Source: Raillietiella orientalis | Lineage: Eukaryota | Length of the DNA: 64,000 nucleotides | Assembly (NCBI GenBank): GCA_036172245.1 | Contig: JAYWIR010000013.1 | Span: 1,798,001-1,862,000, forward strand | Reading direction: 5' to 3' | Shown here: positions 33,700-46,115 of the stretch, one piece after another | Numbering within the stretch: position 1 is the stretch's first letter | How the letters are laid out: each line of letters opens with the position of its first letter | Translations under genes and position numbers: made by a program | Notes under the pieces: model-generated | Told to the model about the DNA's origin: nothing | The model's input: the letters and a program-made list of their open reading frames with translations, nothing else | Database searches by the model: none

Positions 33700-35290
33700 C
33701 CCGGACGACTGAACTTCCCGATCCCTTCGTCTACACCTTTCCATCGTCCGAAATGGGAGCTTCAGGAAAGAAAGCGTCCACGACAGAAAGTGCACTACTC
33801 CTGCTCAGCAATGCCCGTGCTAGCGGCCGCCGCGTGGCTGCGGTCTCCTCTCGAAGGTCTACAAACCGTGGCTGCAGCTATGGCAACTGGTTCCCGCTCC
33901 CCCTCGTTTCACTCTTCAAGGGGACACAACTCCCCGGGAGCGGAGGATTCGAAACGCCCTGCACGAGGGGGAAGCAGTGCTCTAGGTCAGACCTGTGTCT
34001 ACGTGTGCAAGGGGCTCTTGAGAAAACGGGAGCTCCGCGGTCTAGCTGCTCCAAGGAAGCAGGGTGCGCGCACTGCCCAGGCTCAGAGGAAGATCAGGAA
34101 CCGGGATATAAAGCAGCACAGCTCGGCAAAGGATGGCACTGTTCCCGCGATGAAGAGGGCTCGGCACCGCGGGGAGGAGGGAGGGCGAGGACTTGACGTG
34201 TTCCTCGAGAGGATGCTCTCGTCCGCGACCTCTCCACAGCCTGCGGCAATGCTGTGGGAAAGGAAGGAAAGCGCTTCCTGTCGATTGTTCCTAGCCCGCG
34301 TTCCCGGAACTCGGACTGGGAACCGTTCCTCGCACTTTCTCCCCTCTCTGGAAGACTGGATGGAATCAAATTGGGTGGGTCCACAGATTCGGAAAAGCTC
34401 GTGGCCCGAGGAAGGTGCTCCGAGGGTGCCGCTCGGTGGGACAGGAGGGCTCGAGACCCTCCAGAGTGCCTTGACCAACTTTCCGGTCCGTCAGACCCGT
34501 CGCTTCGACCCTCGGGTTGGCCTGCTCTCGATGCCCTCCCGGTCCTATTTGGTGCTCGCCGTCGGGTCAGGAAAGGGCCGACACCCGAACAGACTGCCCA
34601 GCCGTTTTGTTTACCTCGCAGGAGGGGACTCCCCCTCCCCAACTTTCGCTGTTCCGCCTTGGATCCCACGGTGTCCTTCGAAAGCGTTGACTTCGAACTT
34701 CCGAGAGCGGCGATCCGAAAACTCCTTAGACGCCGCCGTCGGCACGCAAGTGCCCACCCGCGACTGGCCTCGGGGGCACAGCGGAAGTGCGTTTCGAGCC
34801 GGCTCTTGAGTCTCGCCGGAAACACGGGCTCCTCGTCGCGTTGGACACCGGACACGTCCACTCGATCGTGCGACAGCGCACGCCGCAGGGTGGACGGCGG
34901 GCAGCGTCGTAGCAGAGATGCGAGCGGACGGCGGGGAAGACGCGTCTTCCTCGCGTCTCCAGTGAGCATCACGGAGGAGGTGGCACACCCGGAAGTTCGC
35001 TGGAGAAAGCGCCCACGGGCAGCTTGGAGTGACTCCAGCGTTTTCGGGAACTGAACTTTTCTCCCTGCCACGGACCGCCACTGCCATGCCACGCCAGCTT
35101 TGGACCAGCCTACCGAAACTTTGGTGGCGCGAAAGCGGTTCAATTGCGGTTGCTGAAGGAATGGCTGCGTCCATTCCTCAGTTCGATGCTCCTTACCGTG
35201 GATCTCAACCTGGTGAAGCCAGGGGCGTTCATTCAAGAATTGGGGGAAGCTGTCCCCGTAACAAAAGCAGTTCAAGGGGAGGACACACCG
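33700..35290 (+). mobile_element. Degenerate CR1-like LINE ORF2 fragment
   Basis: TRGKQCSRSDLCL (cf. PTRGNNILDL) and LLKEWLRPFLS...EAVPVTKAVQG (cf. LLNWIRSFLS...VPVTSGVPQG). Confidence 0.45.
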
Positions 35291-36840
35291 ACACGCAGGT
35301 CGAGAGTCCCAAAAGTCCGGAACGGGAGGAAAGGAACAGGAAATAAATAAATATATAAAAGTGGAAGATAGGGACAAGGGTCTTTGGTGCGTCTTGCTCC
35401 TTCTTGAAAAAACAGGAAAAGCCCGGGAACGAGTGGGGGTGGGGATTTTTTTAAAAAAATAAATAAACAAAAAAAAAAAAGGGGGGGTGGGATGAAGAGA
35501 GGGGTTACCGCTGGAGGATGCCATGCCTACTTCCTAGAACCGACGGTGGATGCCAGCGACCTCCTTCTGGATTTCACTCCTTCCAGGTGAGGTCACCTAG
35601 CAACCGTCCTCACGTAGGTGGCGGCTGCCAAGCGAGTGACCTCTCTTCGCTGCACCCGAAACTCCGACAAATGGTGGCTGCAACGATGGCGCGGATGCAA
35701 CAAACACGCCGTCACAACCGGACGACACCTGTCGTGACCACCTCGTGAGGAATGGTCGCAGCAGGTCCTTGGCGGTGTCCTCAGCGTGCAGAAGTCCTGA
35801 AGTCAGCCGCCGACACAGTTCCACGAGGACACTGCAAGAGCGGGAACGATTCAATCGCCCCGCACCTCAGGCAGTTTGAGGAGGCAACTCCCCTGGGAAC
35901 GAGGTTCCTACACTGGCTGCACCGGAGACCCCAATGTAGGAAGAGCATGGTGTCCTCTTACCATATCAGCAAGAACACGGAAGTGTTTCTACACAGGGGA
36001 GGGACAACAAGTTCGTCGGAGGTCACACGGAGCAGCTCGCTCCATCGAAGCGGTCCCTCCGCCACTGACGCGGAGTGACGGTGTCCACCATCTCGCTAGG
36101 CTTCCAGCCGCACCCGAGAGTTTTAATTCCCACTATGGTGCAGGAAATTCCCCACCCCATCAGTAGGCGACTGTCGTTGCTAGGGCAGACAGCGCTGAGG
36201 CATGGGGTGTGACGACCAGACGGGCGGACCTCTTCGAATCCTGCCGAACATATTCCAGTGGAAGGCTGTGGGAGGAACGCAGGCGTATGTTTGGACCGAG
36301 TGCAAATGTGGAAGTCCAGGAGACAGGCTTTCCGACCTCACGCTTCTGACTTTACTGGCCTTCAAGTAAGCCGGGGCCGGGCTTACGGAATCGAGACCGG
36401 AGAGGGAAGTCAAATCCCCGCATCCTGTATCGGCAGTGAGGCAGAAACGAAGAGTCCTTCGCTACCGACGCAACGCCGAAAGGTGAGGGGCGCAGGCGCA
36501 AACCAAGGGGGGAGGTCCGTAATCTGGCACACGGCGCCAGCATTCGGAACTGCATCAGCAAGACTGCTGATTTTCTCCAGCGTCAGGACGCGTAAGCCAG
36601 CATCCTCTCTCGGCTCCACCAAGTCTTTCGGGCGGATCCGGGAGCCACCTTACCGAGGAGGGGATTGCGGATTTCGAACCGAATCAGTGCAGCATTGTGG
36701 CCGGACACGCAACGTGTTCACGACACAACGCCCACCATCTCCATTTCGCTTAAGAAATGGCAGCACTTACTCAACTCTGGCATCTGACCACAACTGCCGG
36801 CACATGATTGGCTGCTGCATCCCCCAACAAGGGCCCGGTT
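35290..36840 (-). mobile_element. L1/Tx1-like LINE 3' half (post-RT, zf-RVT, 3' UTR)
   Basis: GRCVVNTL, RIRPKDLVEPREDAGLRV (cf. LPREEGGLG), VASSNCLRCGAIESFP, then a T-rich UTR. Confidence 0.65.
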
Positions 36841-36885
36841 GAAATCCTTCTTCCTATTTTCAAAATCAGGCGATACCTCCCTGAT

Positions 36886-39170
36886 CAGAGCCTATTAAAT
36901 TGTCGTGTTCGTGTTCGTGTAATTTTCATTAATTCCGTGCCATAAAAACCAACGACGAATAAGGTGCAGAGATCGCTGCCAACAGCCTCAGCAATCCTGA
37001 ATTACTGCGTGCGTTTCCCTCCACGTTAGCTAACGCGCTCCCTCGCAAACCCTTGATTTTTTCAGCTGCCAGAAGGAAAACATTTTGGATTGCAGCGGCT
37101 TTTAATTAACGTCACGATTTTCATTTTCATTAACGTCACGATTTTTGCACTGCCGGGCAAAAACCCCCGCGATGTCACTTTTAGCTAAATCGGCTTGCTA
37201 TCTTCATCCAATTACTAATAATTCTTCTGATAAGTTACTTCTTTAAAAGTTACCTTCTCCCACTCTGCCTACTTTTTAGTATCCTAATTTATGGTATTCA
37301 TAAATTAAAGGACGCGTTCGTTTTTTGCCAAAGACGCAATTACGAAAATGTTTGGCCAGGCGTAGAATTTAGAAAGGTGATCAGCTTCGCCGACTTCCCT
37401 CCGGGGTGCAAAGAATGTGCGGCTGAATTCACACTTTGTGCCTCCGTGCACTGTTCTTGTTCTGAAAAATAGGTCGTTGCTGGTCAAGGAAGAGAAGCAA
37501 GGCGACCAAACTGGTGACCGAGCACCAAGACACAGGTGCACAGGTGATCGGTCAGCACGGGGGGCACACTGTTTCGTAAGCAAGCATCCACGCCATCGTC
37601 TTGTGGATTCCAAGATCCAGGGAAATCACATTTCTCGATGGTCTGGCGTGTCGAGTGACGCGTGGGTGAGGAATTTCTGGTGCACGTGCACACGCACTCA
37701 CACCTTTCTTCATTCTGTCGTAGGCTGCTTGGTGACGCAATCGGGTCGATAAGAGCATAATTCCACAATAAATCCACGGGTTGATGGCCTGCATGTGATG
37801 ACAATTCGGTGTGCATCAAAGAAACCCACCTCTTCTGGTAGCCGTGGCGATGGTGAGCTGGTGCGGTGTTTCCTTGCAGAGTGGATGCCGATTTGAGGCG
37901 TTCGAAGAAGCGCTTTCGGGGAAACAACTTTCCTTTTTTCCCTTTTTTGGTTTTTCTTGCTTTTCGTCTGCCTCGAAGACTCCACTGAGAAGTCCTGGGC
38001 TCTCTCCCTCCTCGAGCCAAATGAACATTTATGTGCGGAGAGGAAGTGCTCAGCCATCGATTCGTGTTCCTCAGGAAGGAACGCGCGGCGCATATCCTGG
38101 CATAATTGCGGACTACCTGCTTCCTGTGGGGATGCGCGAACCGGTGAGTTCAGGAACTGCTGAAGGCCGGAAGCAGTGGAGCTTCGGACAGCAGCCAATT
38201 CATCAGGCAGCGGCTAATCCTACGTCTCGGGTAGGGCGCGTCGTGGAGTCTACTCTGAGGGCAGGGTTCACGCTGAAGAGTACCGGAGACGCCTGCAGCA
38301 CAAGAAGCCTTACGCAGAGAGAGGTAAGTCTCTCATTGCCCAGTTCCGTTTGAAATCGATTTACTCATGACAAGGCTGGCTATCACTTGAGCCCACGTGA
38401 TTCCTTCTGCTCGTCCCTCGTGGTAGCTGCCTATGCGGAAGGATGCTGCACAAGCAGCACGAGATTCGAATCGCTGCTCCCAGTTCATTTTGCCTATTCG
38501 GTCTGCTTCCAGAGTTGCATCTGATCGATACAACAACGGAGCCGTTCCCATTGCTTAGTCGGTGATGACTGAGTCAAGACTGCGCTCAAGGAATTCACCG
38601 ATCCATGTAAGCAAATGTGAATGAAAACCATCCTTACTGAACAATAATTAACGACCGGACAGGCAATTTCCATTTCGGATTCCAATTCAAGCAACATCAA
38701 AATCTGGATCCGAATGCAGATCGAAATCTCCATCGTCTTTGCACGAGAGCATCGGGGAAATTTCAACTGATTGCACACTTTGATCTTAGCCAAAAGGCCG
38801 AGAAGCGATTGTGGGCACCACACACAAGTGCATCCTCTTGGCAACCCATGCTTTTGAGATGAAATTAGGCTGAATTTCCTGCACGAGAGCATGGGAAGCG
38901 TACTGCATCCTTGTGACCCACATCGCAGGAAATTGGTCTTTTACTGTTGCCCATCGTTCGGATTGATATGCCCGACAGCCAATGCAGAGAAACCATCTCA
39001 GTGGTTGCCTGACTCGTCTGTGGGAGTCACGTTACGAGCCACTTTTTCGGAATCGCGTGAAACAGCCTTCCAAGGCTTGGGTGGCTCCCTCCTGACTGTT
39101 TGCCGACAACGGTTGTCGGTTTTTCCTTTTTAAAACGCCAGTAGCTGTCTAGTTACTGTCCAGGATGATT
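36886..39170 (-). mobile_element. Degenerate hAT DNA transposon (ZMYM1/hAT5-like transposase remnant) with one probable terminus
   Basis: CGSQG..., CVWCPQSLLGL (cf. C.AH.LNL), RIGKMNWEQRFES (cf. TRWSSR), VLTDHLCTC...FGRL (cf. LT.PVT.C..ERSFS.L) and IASLAKNERVL. AT-rich subterminal region with CACGA/TCGTG repeats and a TIR-like CAGAGCCTATTAAATT at 36886. Confidence 0.55.
37105..37145. repeat. 17-bp direct repeat ATTAACGTCACGATTTT x2
   Basis: Copies at 37105-37121 and 37129-37145, in the hAT subterminal region. Confidence 0.9.
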
Positions 39171-40337
39171 ATCACTCGGTTATGCCGGGGCATTTATTAC
39201 ATAGAGCAATAAAAATACATATGGTAGAACTGTTGGTTCTACCACGCGGAATGAACCTGCCGAGGACCCGTGCGTGGACCAGCGAGATCCTCTTCGGCAG
39301 CGTAGGGGAAGTGAAAACAAAAACAAAAAAAAAATAAACAAGCAAAACGGGGTAGGGGAAATTATACACGGGAAGGGGGAGGGAGGCAATCGAGGAGGGG
39401 ATAGCGGTACGCTGCCAGGAACCCTCTGCATCCTGTTCAGAATGCTAACCAGTTCAGTCCGGATGTTGCCCAGAGGGGGCCATCTCGAGGCAGTCCTCAG
39501 GAAGATCCGCGCCCAATGGATGGCGTCTCTGTATTCTGACCTCTTGCCGCGTTGGTCTAGGATGATGAAAATCCTTTGGGTGTTCCTTTCTGTATTTGCT
39601 GTTTTCCTTCCGGCTTTTTTTCTATGGTTTGCCAAGTACTCAGGAACCGTCCGCCTGGAGGCTCACGAAGCTCTCTAACGTTGTCCACGCCACCCATGTG
39701 CACGTGTTTACTCTTCAAGTTAGAAGGAAGTCCGGGAGAAGAACACCCTATGAATCCAGGAAGGTCTCCAGAGGAAGGAATTTGTTCCTCTCTTTCTCTT
39801 TGGAGGGAACCTCAAAGGGAAGAACCTCTTCCTTGTTCTCTCCGGAGGGAGTCCCGGTTTCTGGGGACCACTCTTCATTTCTTCTCCAGAGGGAACCCGC
39901 AAAAAAAACTGCTTTTCTTTCCTCTCCCTCTGAAGAGGACCTCAAAGGGATGCTTCCCGACTTAACTGTAGGGTCCGCGCCCCGAAGGGATCAGCGCGCT
40001 TCTTGACACTGAAGAGGCATCAGCAATCCACCAGCTCCATGGTACGAGATGGAGAGATCCATTTTCACAACCGGAGGGGAACAGCCACGAAGGGCTCCTC
40101 GATGTCCTGGAAGGATCCTGGAGGGTTCACTGCCAATCCCGGCCCCTCAACTGGGTCATCAACGGCTTCCATCAGTGCCGCACCCGAAGCCAACCAGAGC
40201 CATCCTGCGGGAAGAACTCGAAACCCACGACGCACCCATTCTGTCTGTGGCGTTGAACCTCCACGTGGTGATTCAAACCGGCAACGTTTGGTACCACCAC
40301 GTGAGGAGACCTCAGCCACACGTCCTCCAGCGCGGGC
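39170..40337 (-). mobile_element. tRNA-headed repeat copy 2, fused to Tx1 3' tail (SINE-like architecture)
   Basis: Head at ~40337 with B-box-like GGTTTGAATCAC (40279-40268). Body shared with 46117-46830. At ~39560 it switches to the ORF2 end DAIHWARIFLRTASRWPP, then the UTR and AATAAA (39197-39192). Confidence 0.7.
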
Positions 40338-40649
40338 TGTCGTTTGTTTCAGGAACTGCCTCCGAGATTGCAAAGAGCGGGGCGAGTCATGCCCGGTGGC
40401 GAGGACCTGCGAAGAGGAAGGGAGAGAGGCAAAGTGCGCGGATGAGAGCTTGGAATGCAAGTTCGACGGCGAGTCAGGGATCATCCACAGATCGTCCACG
40501 TGCCTGGAACGAAGACGCCTCGATTCGATCCGCGCCATCCACCCCTGGGAACCTTCCGCGATTAACCCGAGCCACTTCGCCAAAATGATTGGCCGTGCCG
40601 AAGCTGAATAAGCTCTCTGACCACGTGAGAAGTATCTGACCACGTTCCC

Positions 40650-41300
40650 ATGGTTGCGATGCTAAAGAACCGATGAGTCCTCATGGCGCTCGCATCAGAC
40701 ATCGATTAACTAAACGGACGCGTCACGAAAGATCACCACTTGATGCTTCTGACTCATCACCTTTTCCCTCTGCACCAAAGTATCGAAGGACGAATAGGGT
40801 GCAGGTAGCTGGGATGATGGAGAGGGGCGAAGGGATCAAACGAGGGAAATGAGAGGGTTCCGCCGTTCGGCGGAGTTGCGGGGTAGAGTGGACGATGGCA
40901 TGGGAAAAGAATGATTACGGGATAAGTGATGGTTTCGATCAAGTGTGGGAGAGGAAGTTACTTTATGGGCACGGTATGCGGGAAGTTGCATTCCAGAACT
41001 TGCTGTTCCAGAACCGTGACCTGGCAGACCATGGCTGTTTTTCGACTGAGGTTCTATGGACGACAGCGCGCCTTCACGACGAGGTCGTTCGAGCAGGGTC
41101 GAGTGTATGCACGCATCTGCAGTCCTTGCAGCAGGTTTCTGGGTGTTGGGAAAACAGAATCCCAGGCCTTTCCTGGGAAGAGGGACTGTTAGTAGAGGTG
41201 TCCAGGAAGGGGTCCGGAGCGGAGGGCGTCCGAAGCCTCGATGCTCCCGAGGGGCGCGGAGTCGGATGGAACGAGCAGGGGGAGTATCCTCTGTGAGGAG
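40650..41300 (+). mobile_element. Degenerate R1-like LINE C-terminal fragment
   Basis: VLMAL...FPLHQSIE (cf. RLMALR...PIDLLIE), EWTMAWEKNDYG (cf. EWQREWD..KG) and DLADHGCF (cf. LTGHGCF). Confidence 0.55.
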
Positions 41301-41779
41301 GAGCACCACTTCAGGTCTCCCCGCGAACGCATGCAGCGCAAGGTTCCCGGCTCGTTGCACAGCATCCTTTGCCTGGAGACCGGTTCAGTGGTTTCGACGG
41401 TTCCTCTCGTGGACACACAGGGAGTGCACGGAGAGTATCATAACGGACCGTAGGATGAGGCGAATTTCACGGTAATGGACGAGTTTCTCATGCATGCAAG
41501 GATGATGCTGTGCGGGACGAGTGGCGCTCATGGAGGTGCCTGGACACCATGGCGGTCGGCATCGCCGTGGTGTACCAGGGGAGTACGCCGAGACTTTCTG
41601 CAATGGGGGAGAGGGAATTTTGAAGTGCCGCTGACAGCTGAAGATCGTGGAGTGAATTTCAAGTCCGACGCGCTCGTTCCGCCGTGCCGGGACGGCAATG
41701 CCACCCGGTCGCGCCAGGTGGTATCCATCGAAAGCACAACGCACAAACTTATGACTTACTTATCGTGGGACGCGTAGAC

Positions 41780-43660
41780 ACTCTCCCACCCACCCACCCC
41801 TCATGCGCGAGCCGACAAGGAACCTGCCAGGTCGCCGGTACACAGAACGACGGGCTCACCTCGGCAGAGGCGGGGAGGGGGGAAAGGAAAAAGAAAGAAT
41901 GAAAGCATTCTGGAGGGCCCAGAGGGGATCACTGTTCGCTGGAAAGAGTCCTCAACATCCTATCCAGGATGCTGGTACCTTCATCTGAGTACTGCCAGGG
42001 TGGGGCCATCTGGCTGCTATCCGTAAGAAGCGGACTGGATAGCGTCCCTTTCGTTCCTGCTTCACCGTCGCTCCAGCCCGCCACCATCTCACGGATGCAG
42101 TAGAGAGCTGCCAAAGCCGCGGCAGGCCGCAAAAAGTCTCCAAAGTTGCCGACCAGGGTCCGTAGGGTCGTCCCGAAACGTTCCCAGGGGCGAAAGGCAA
42201 CGCAGTTCACAAGCAGATGCGGGAGGGATTCCTGTTGCCCGCACCTGAGGCAATCCGGACTCGCACTCCCCAGCGTACAGTGACGCGTCGGCGTGCGTTT
42301 CAGGAAACACCCGGGTGCAATAGAAAAAGTGCTGACTCCCACCACTTCAAAGGGAGGGCGCTGCTGCAGTTCACGAACTCTGGGGCCAAGGAGTAACGAG
42401 CATCGCGCCCCAGTGTGCAAGGTGCCAAGGCGCGAAGGTAACTCCGAGTTGCAGAGTCGATTCCAATGACTCTGGCGATCGGAGGGTTGCGGTTGCCTGT
42501 CCGCCTGTCTTTCTAGGATGATGGATGCGAGTGGAGAAGGGGAAAGCTTCTGTCGATCTCTTTCAGGATTTCCGTCCGCCCCACAGGCAACGTTTTTTGC
42601 ACCGAGAGTGGCTCCTGTGGCTGCAGGCAGTGTGAGAGCTTTTTCCCGTTCCGCCTGCCAGAACACGAAGGAGGATAACGAGTTCTGTTTCTCTTGGATT
42701 CGGCCCTCGTCCTTCCCGTGCTCCTCCGTAACCACGCCTGTTTTCCCGCCTTTCTCCTGTGGGCTTGCTAGTAGCATCGGGAGTTCTTTTTCTTTCCGAG
42801 GAAGGCTGCTTGGCCACTCCCTCACATCCCTTACATTTCCCCGCGAGTTTTCCCAGTTTCCTTCCCATGCCGACGGAAATGATGCGAGTGTCGTTGAGTC
42901 TTCAGAAGAAGGACGTGCCTCGGGAATTCAAGAGGCGTTTGTCTCCTTTTCCTTTTATCCGGAAGGATTGGTGCGTTTCCTTAAGAGCTGCGGGATGCCA
43001 AAGGGAGCAGGAGATTCACTGCCCTTCTCGGCAACCCAGCAAAAGAATCCACTTCTCCCCAGAAAACATCGGAAAGGTAAAGGGTGATCGCGCTCCCAGC
43101 CAGGATCGAGTCATACCGCCAGTATCACCATTGCCCTGCCTTCATCAAGTCCCACCAGGAGGTAGTGCTCACATCTGCAATATCTCCTTCCATTCGGAGA
43201 CATTTTCTTGTCTTGACGACGCGATGCTCTCCTGGGATTCCAGAAAAGCTGGAGGGCTCATCGCGCTACCCGCTTCAGCCCTGAGAGCTTCTTGTCCAGA
43301 CTCGCGGCTCCCGGTCCATGAGTTGGCTTACGACCGAAACTGCTTGAGAGGGACACACGAGCGAGCAGCACTGAGTCTTCGTCCTGCTGGCGCAGCGAAG
43401 CTGCATCCATCCGTTCGATTCTCTCGCTCTGCTCTTAGGAGTCGCCTCTTGTGCTTCCAGTCCTCTGGTAAGCTCGAATCTTCGGAAAAAGATATTCCCG
43501 GAAAATCAGATACAGGTTGCTGAAAACGAGACCTCAGCATCGGATAACGGGGGGCAGCTTCTCGCGACCGGGAAACAACCTGGCAACGGGCAGGAAGGAA
43601 CTGTTTCCGACCTTCTTCAAGCTGAAGGATTTCGATGCAACCGAAAAAATAAAGATGGTT
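41780..43660 (-). mobile_element. Tx1-like derivative: 5' body/ORF1 remnant joined to zf-RVT 3' end
   Basis: 43480-43660 is the reverse complement of 46840-47015 (body of the tRNA-headed repeat). ORF1-like GIPGEHRVVK..CLRMEG follows, then LGSASPDCLRCGQQESLPHLLVNC and the ORF2 terminus at 41929. Confidence 0.65.
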
Positions 43661-43699
43661 AGCTTCCTGCGGGGCTGCTCCGATGTGCTCGTTCTTCTA

Positions 43700-45335
43700 T
43701 GGGAAGATGGCGAAGAGGAAGGAAGTGGTGGACTGATGGCAACTTGCCGAGCACCCGAAACTGGCAGCAGGTCCAACGAAAAGGCAGGTTTTACTTGCCG
43801 GAACGGGCCACGGTATGGAACAACTTTGTGTCCTCCTTCCTCCTCTCCTCCTGCTTTTTGTTTGTCCTCCTCTGGAGAACATCAAAAAGCGGACGAAGGA
43901 CCTCTTCAGGATTGCCCTTTGGGGCACGTGGAGGTTCCGAGTCCATCTGAACGACTTGTGTGTCTCGCTTCGGAACAAAGGTCTCAGCCCAGTGATGCTG
44001 GAGCGGATGGGGAGCTGCAGCTCTAGTTTCGGACTCTCGATCTCGTGGCGAAGTTGTGGAGCACCACCTGGTGCGACCCTGCACGCTTCCTCGTCCAGCA
44101 AGCCACCGGCAAAGTGGGACCTGCGTCCTTCCTTGCACGTCGTCGATGCCACACCTCTCCCACTGCGGACTGTAGCTCCTCCGACGGGTAGCTATGCTGA
44201 CCAGGATGAACAACCTGGATCTCCAGACGTCCCGCGAGCGGTAGCGTCTGATTGCAGGAAACCGCTTGCACGTGGACGAAGAACAACCAGCAATGCCTGG
44301 AACAGGCACAGCGATTGCTGTACTGTTTCCACAACAACTGCTCGCTCCGGGAGATATTGGAATATCCCAGGACGAGTGCGTGGTCGGTTTGAACCTTCCT
44401 GGTCGCGGCGCTATTCTCCCTGAGGGAACACATGGGCGGCAGCCTTGCGGCTAGATAAGAGCTCACGGTGGAAGTCTCCTCGAGGAGAAAAGAACTGCAC
44501 AAGTGGACGACGGGCCAACTTACAGACGCTGCGACCCCGAGTGCCCCACCTCCTGAACTTTTGCGCTGGGACGAGCTACTCGGTATTCCAGAGTAAGACT
44601 CGAAGTGGCCTCCAGTGCTTTTGGATAGACGCAGCTCTCCTTGAAGTGGCGGGAGTGGGCGCCGATGCTACAGCACTGGGGTCTCCCGTGCAACGCCCGC
44701 CGGCATCACCGGACACGGGTGCGTGCGGACTCGAACTGTGCCAGGTGCAGGGAGCGGAAATCCCTCACACCTGCTTGTGGATTGCGTGCGTCGCCCTCCG
44801 GACCCTCTGATAACGCTTTGCTGCGACCCTAGGAAACCCCGGCGGCAACTTCATATAGACAACGACCCTTCTCGTACGCGGCACCCTTAGCCCTTCTGCC
44901 CGCCAAAGGCCGTCTCCAGGCCGCTACGACCCTGCGTAGCGGCCTGGAGAGATGGAAGAGGAGAAGAGAGAGACAGGGATGCCACATCCACTTTGCAGTC
45001 CGATTCATAAGGATGACAAGAAGATGGTCCCACCTGGAAAACATTATCCAGCAACACCTTGCCAGCATCCTGAAGAAGGTGCAAAGGACCGCCGCCAGCA
45101 GACAGTGATCCCTTCCCGCACCATCAAAGTTTGTTCATTTTTATTTTATTTTATTTTTTTGCTTGCCCTTCTCCCCTCTGCTGCTGTGGTGGCCCTCACC
45201 GGTCTGCGCACCGGTAACCTCCGGCAAGTTCCTGTTGAAACGGACGTGGTTGGACCACCAATTCAACCATCATATCTTTGTAAATGTTTATTTTTACATT
45301 AAATAAACTCATAACTGTGCACCTGGGTGACAACG
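43700..45335 (+). mobile_element. L1/Tx1-like LINE 3' half
   Basis: LFRIALWGTWRFRVHLNDLCVSLRNKGL, LQHWGLPCNARRHH..DSNCARCRE (zf-RVT), GTGATCCCTTC, T-rich UTR, stem-loop at 45198-45215 and AATAAA at 45302. Confidence 0.75.
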
Positions 45336-46115
45336 GAACTGGCAGCAGTTCCGGAGGCTCCCCAGAAGACGATGGTCATTTGGTCTCGAGGCAGGTTGCC
45401 AATCCCACGATTTCCGGCCAGAGGTCAAAGAGGCAAAGAGAGAATGTGAAAGAAGGAAGTCACAAGGGTAGTAAAACACGAAAGCAGCGGATGAGGAACT
45501 GCGAGAGACTCGTAAACTCGAGCTTTTTCATGGAGATGGTCACCACGGGAACAGCATTCAAAATGCTGAAATTTCTTTTTTTTCTTTACTTGTTTTCTAA
45601 AAAAAAGAAAAAAAAATGCGTTTTTAATTTCTATACACCTTCGTAACGAGGCGTACAATTTTCAGAGTTCAAGATAAGTCACGCGATCACCAGGGAGCGC
45701 AGCCCTGAGCAGAACTCTAAGCAAAAAGCGGAGGCGAGAGGACCCCCGAGGGCGCGCGCGGACCAATAGGAGGAGGTGGAGAAAAAGTGGGGCGGGCCAC
45801 GAGGACCGTCTCCGCACTCTTCCTTCGAAAGAGGCCCTTGCAGCAACAGCAAGAGTTCCTGCCGCGGGTCTCCCACTCACCTTGGGGTCGAGAAGGAATG
45901 GAAGGAACGTAGAAGGTTCCGAAGAGACGCATGGAGTATCCGCCAAGAGCTCGATGGTCTGCCCCAGCATCCAGCATTCCCGGGCCGCACCTTGGAAACA
46001 TCGGATGGCAAGCACCACCCGACCCTGAAGCACTCGCGAGAGGACAAAGAGCGAAGACAGGCTGAGGAGGTGCTCGCGAAAAGGGGGCGCCTCGCCCACC
46101 TGAAGCAGCGCGAAG

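Noticed and set aside
34094..35524. 476-aa minus-strand ORF
   Set aside because: No domain. It is antisense to a CR1-like remnant and begins in a LINE 3' UTR.
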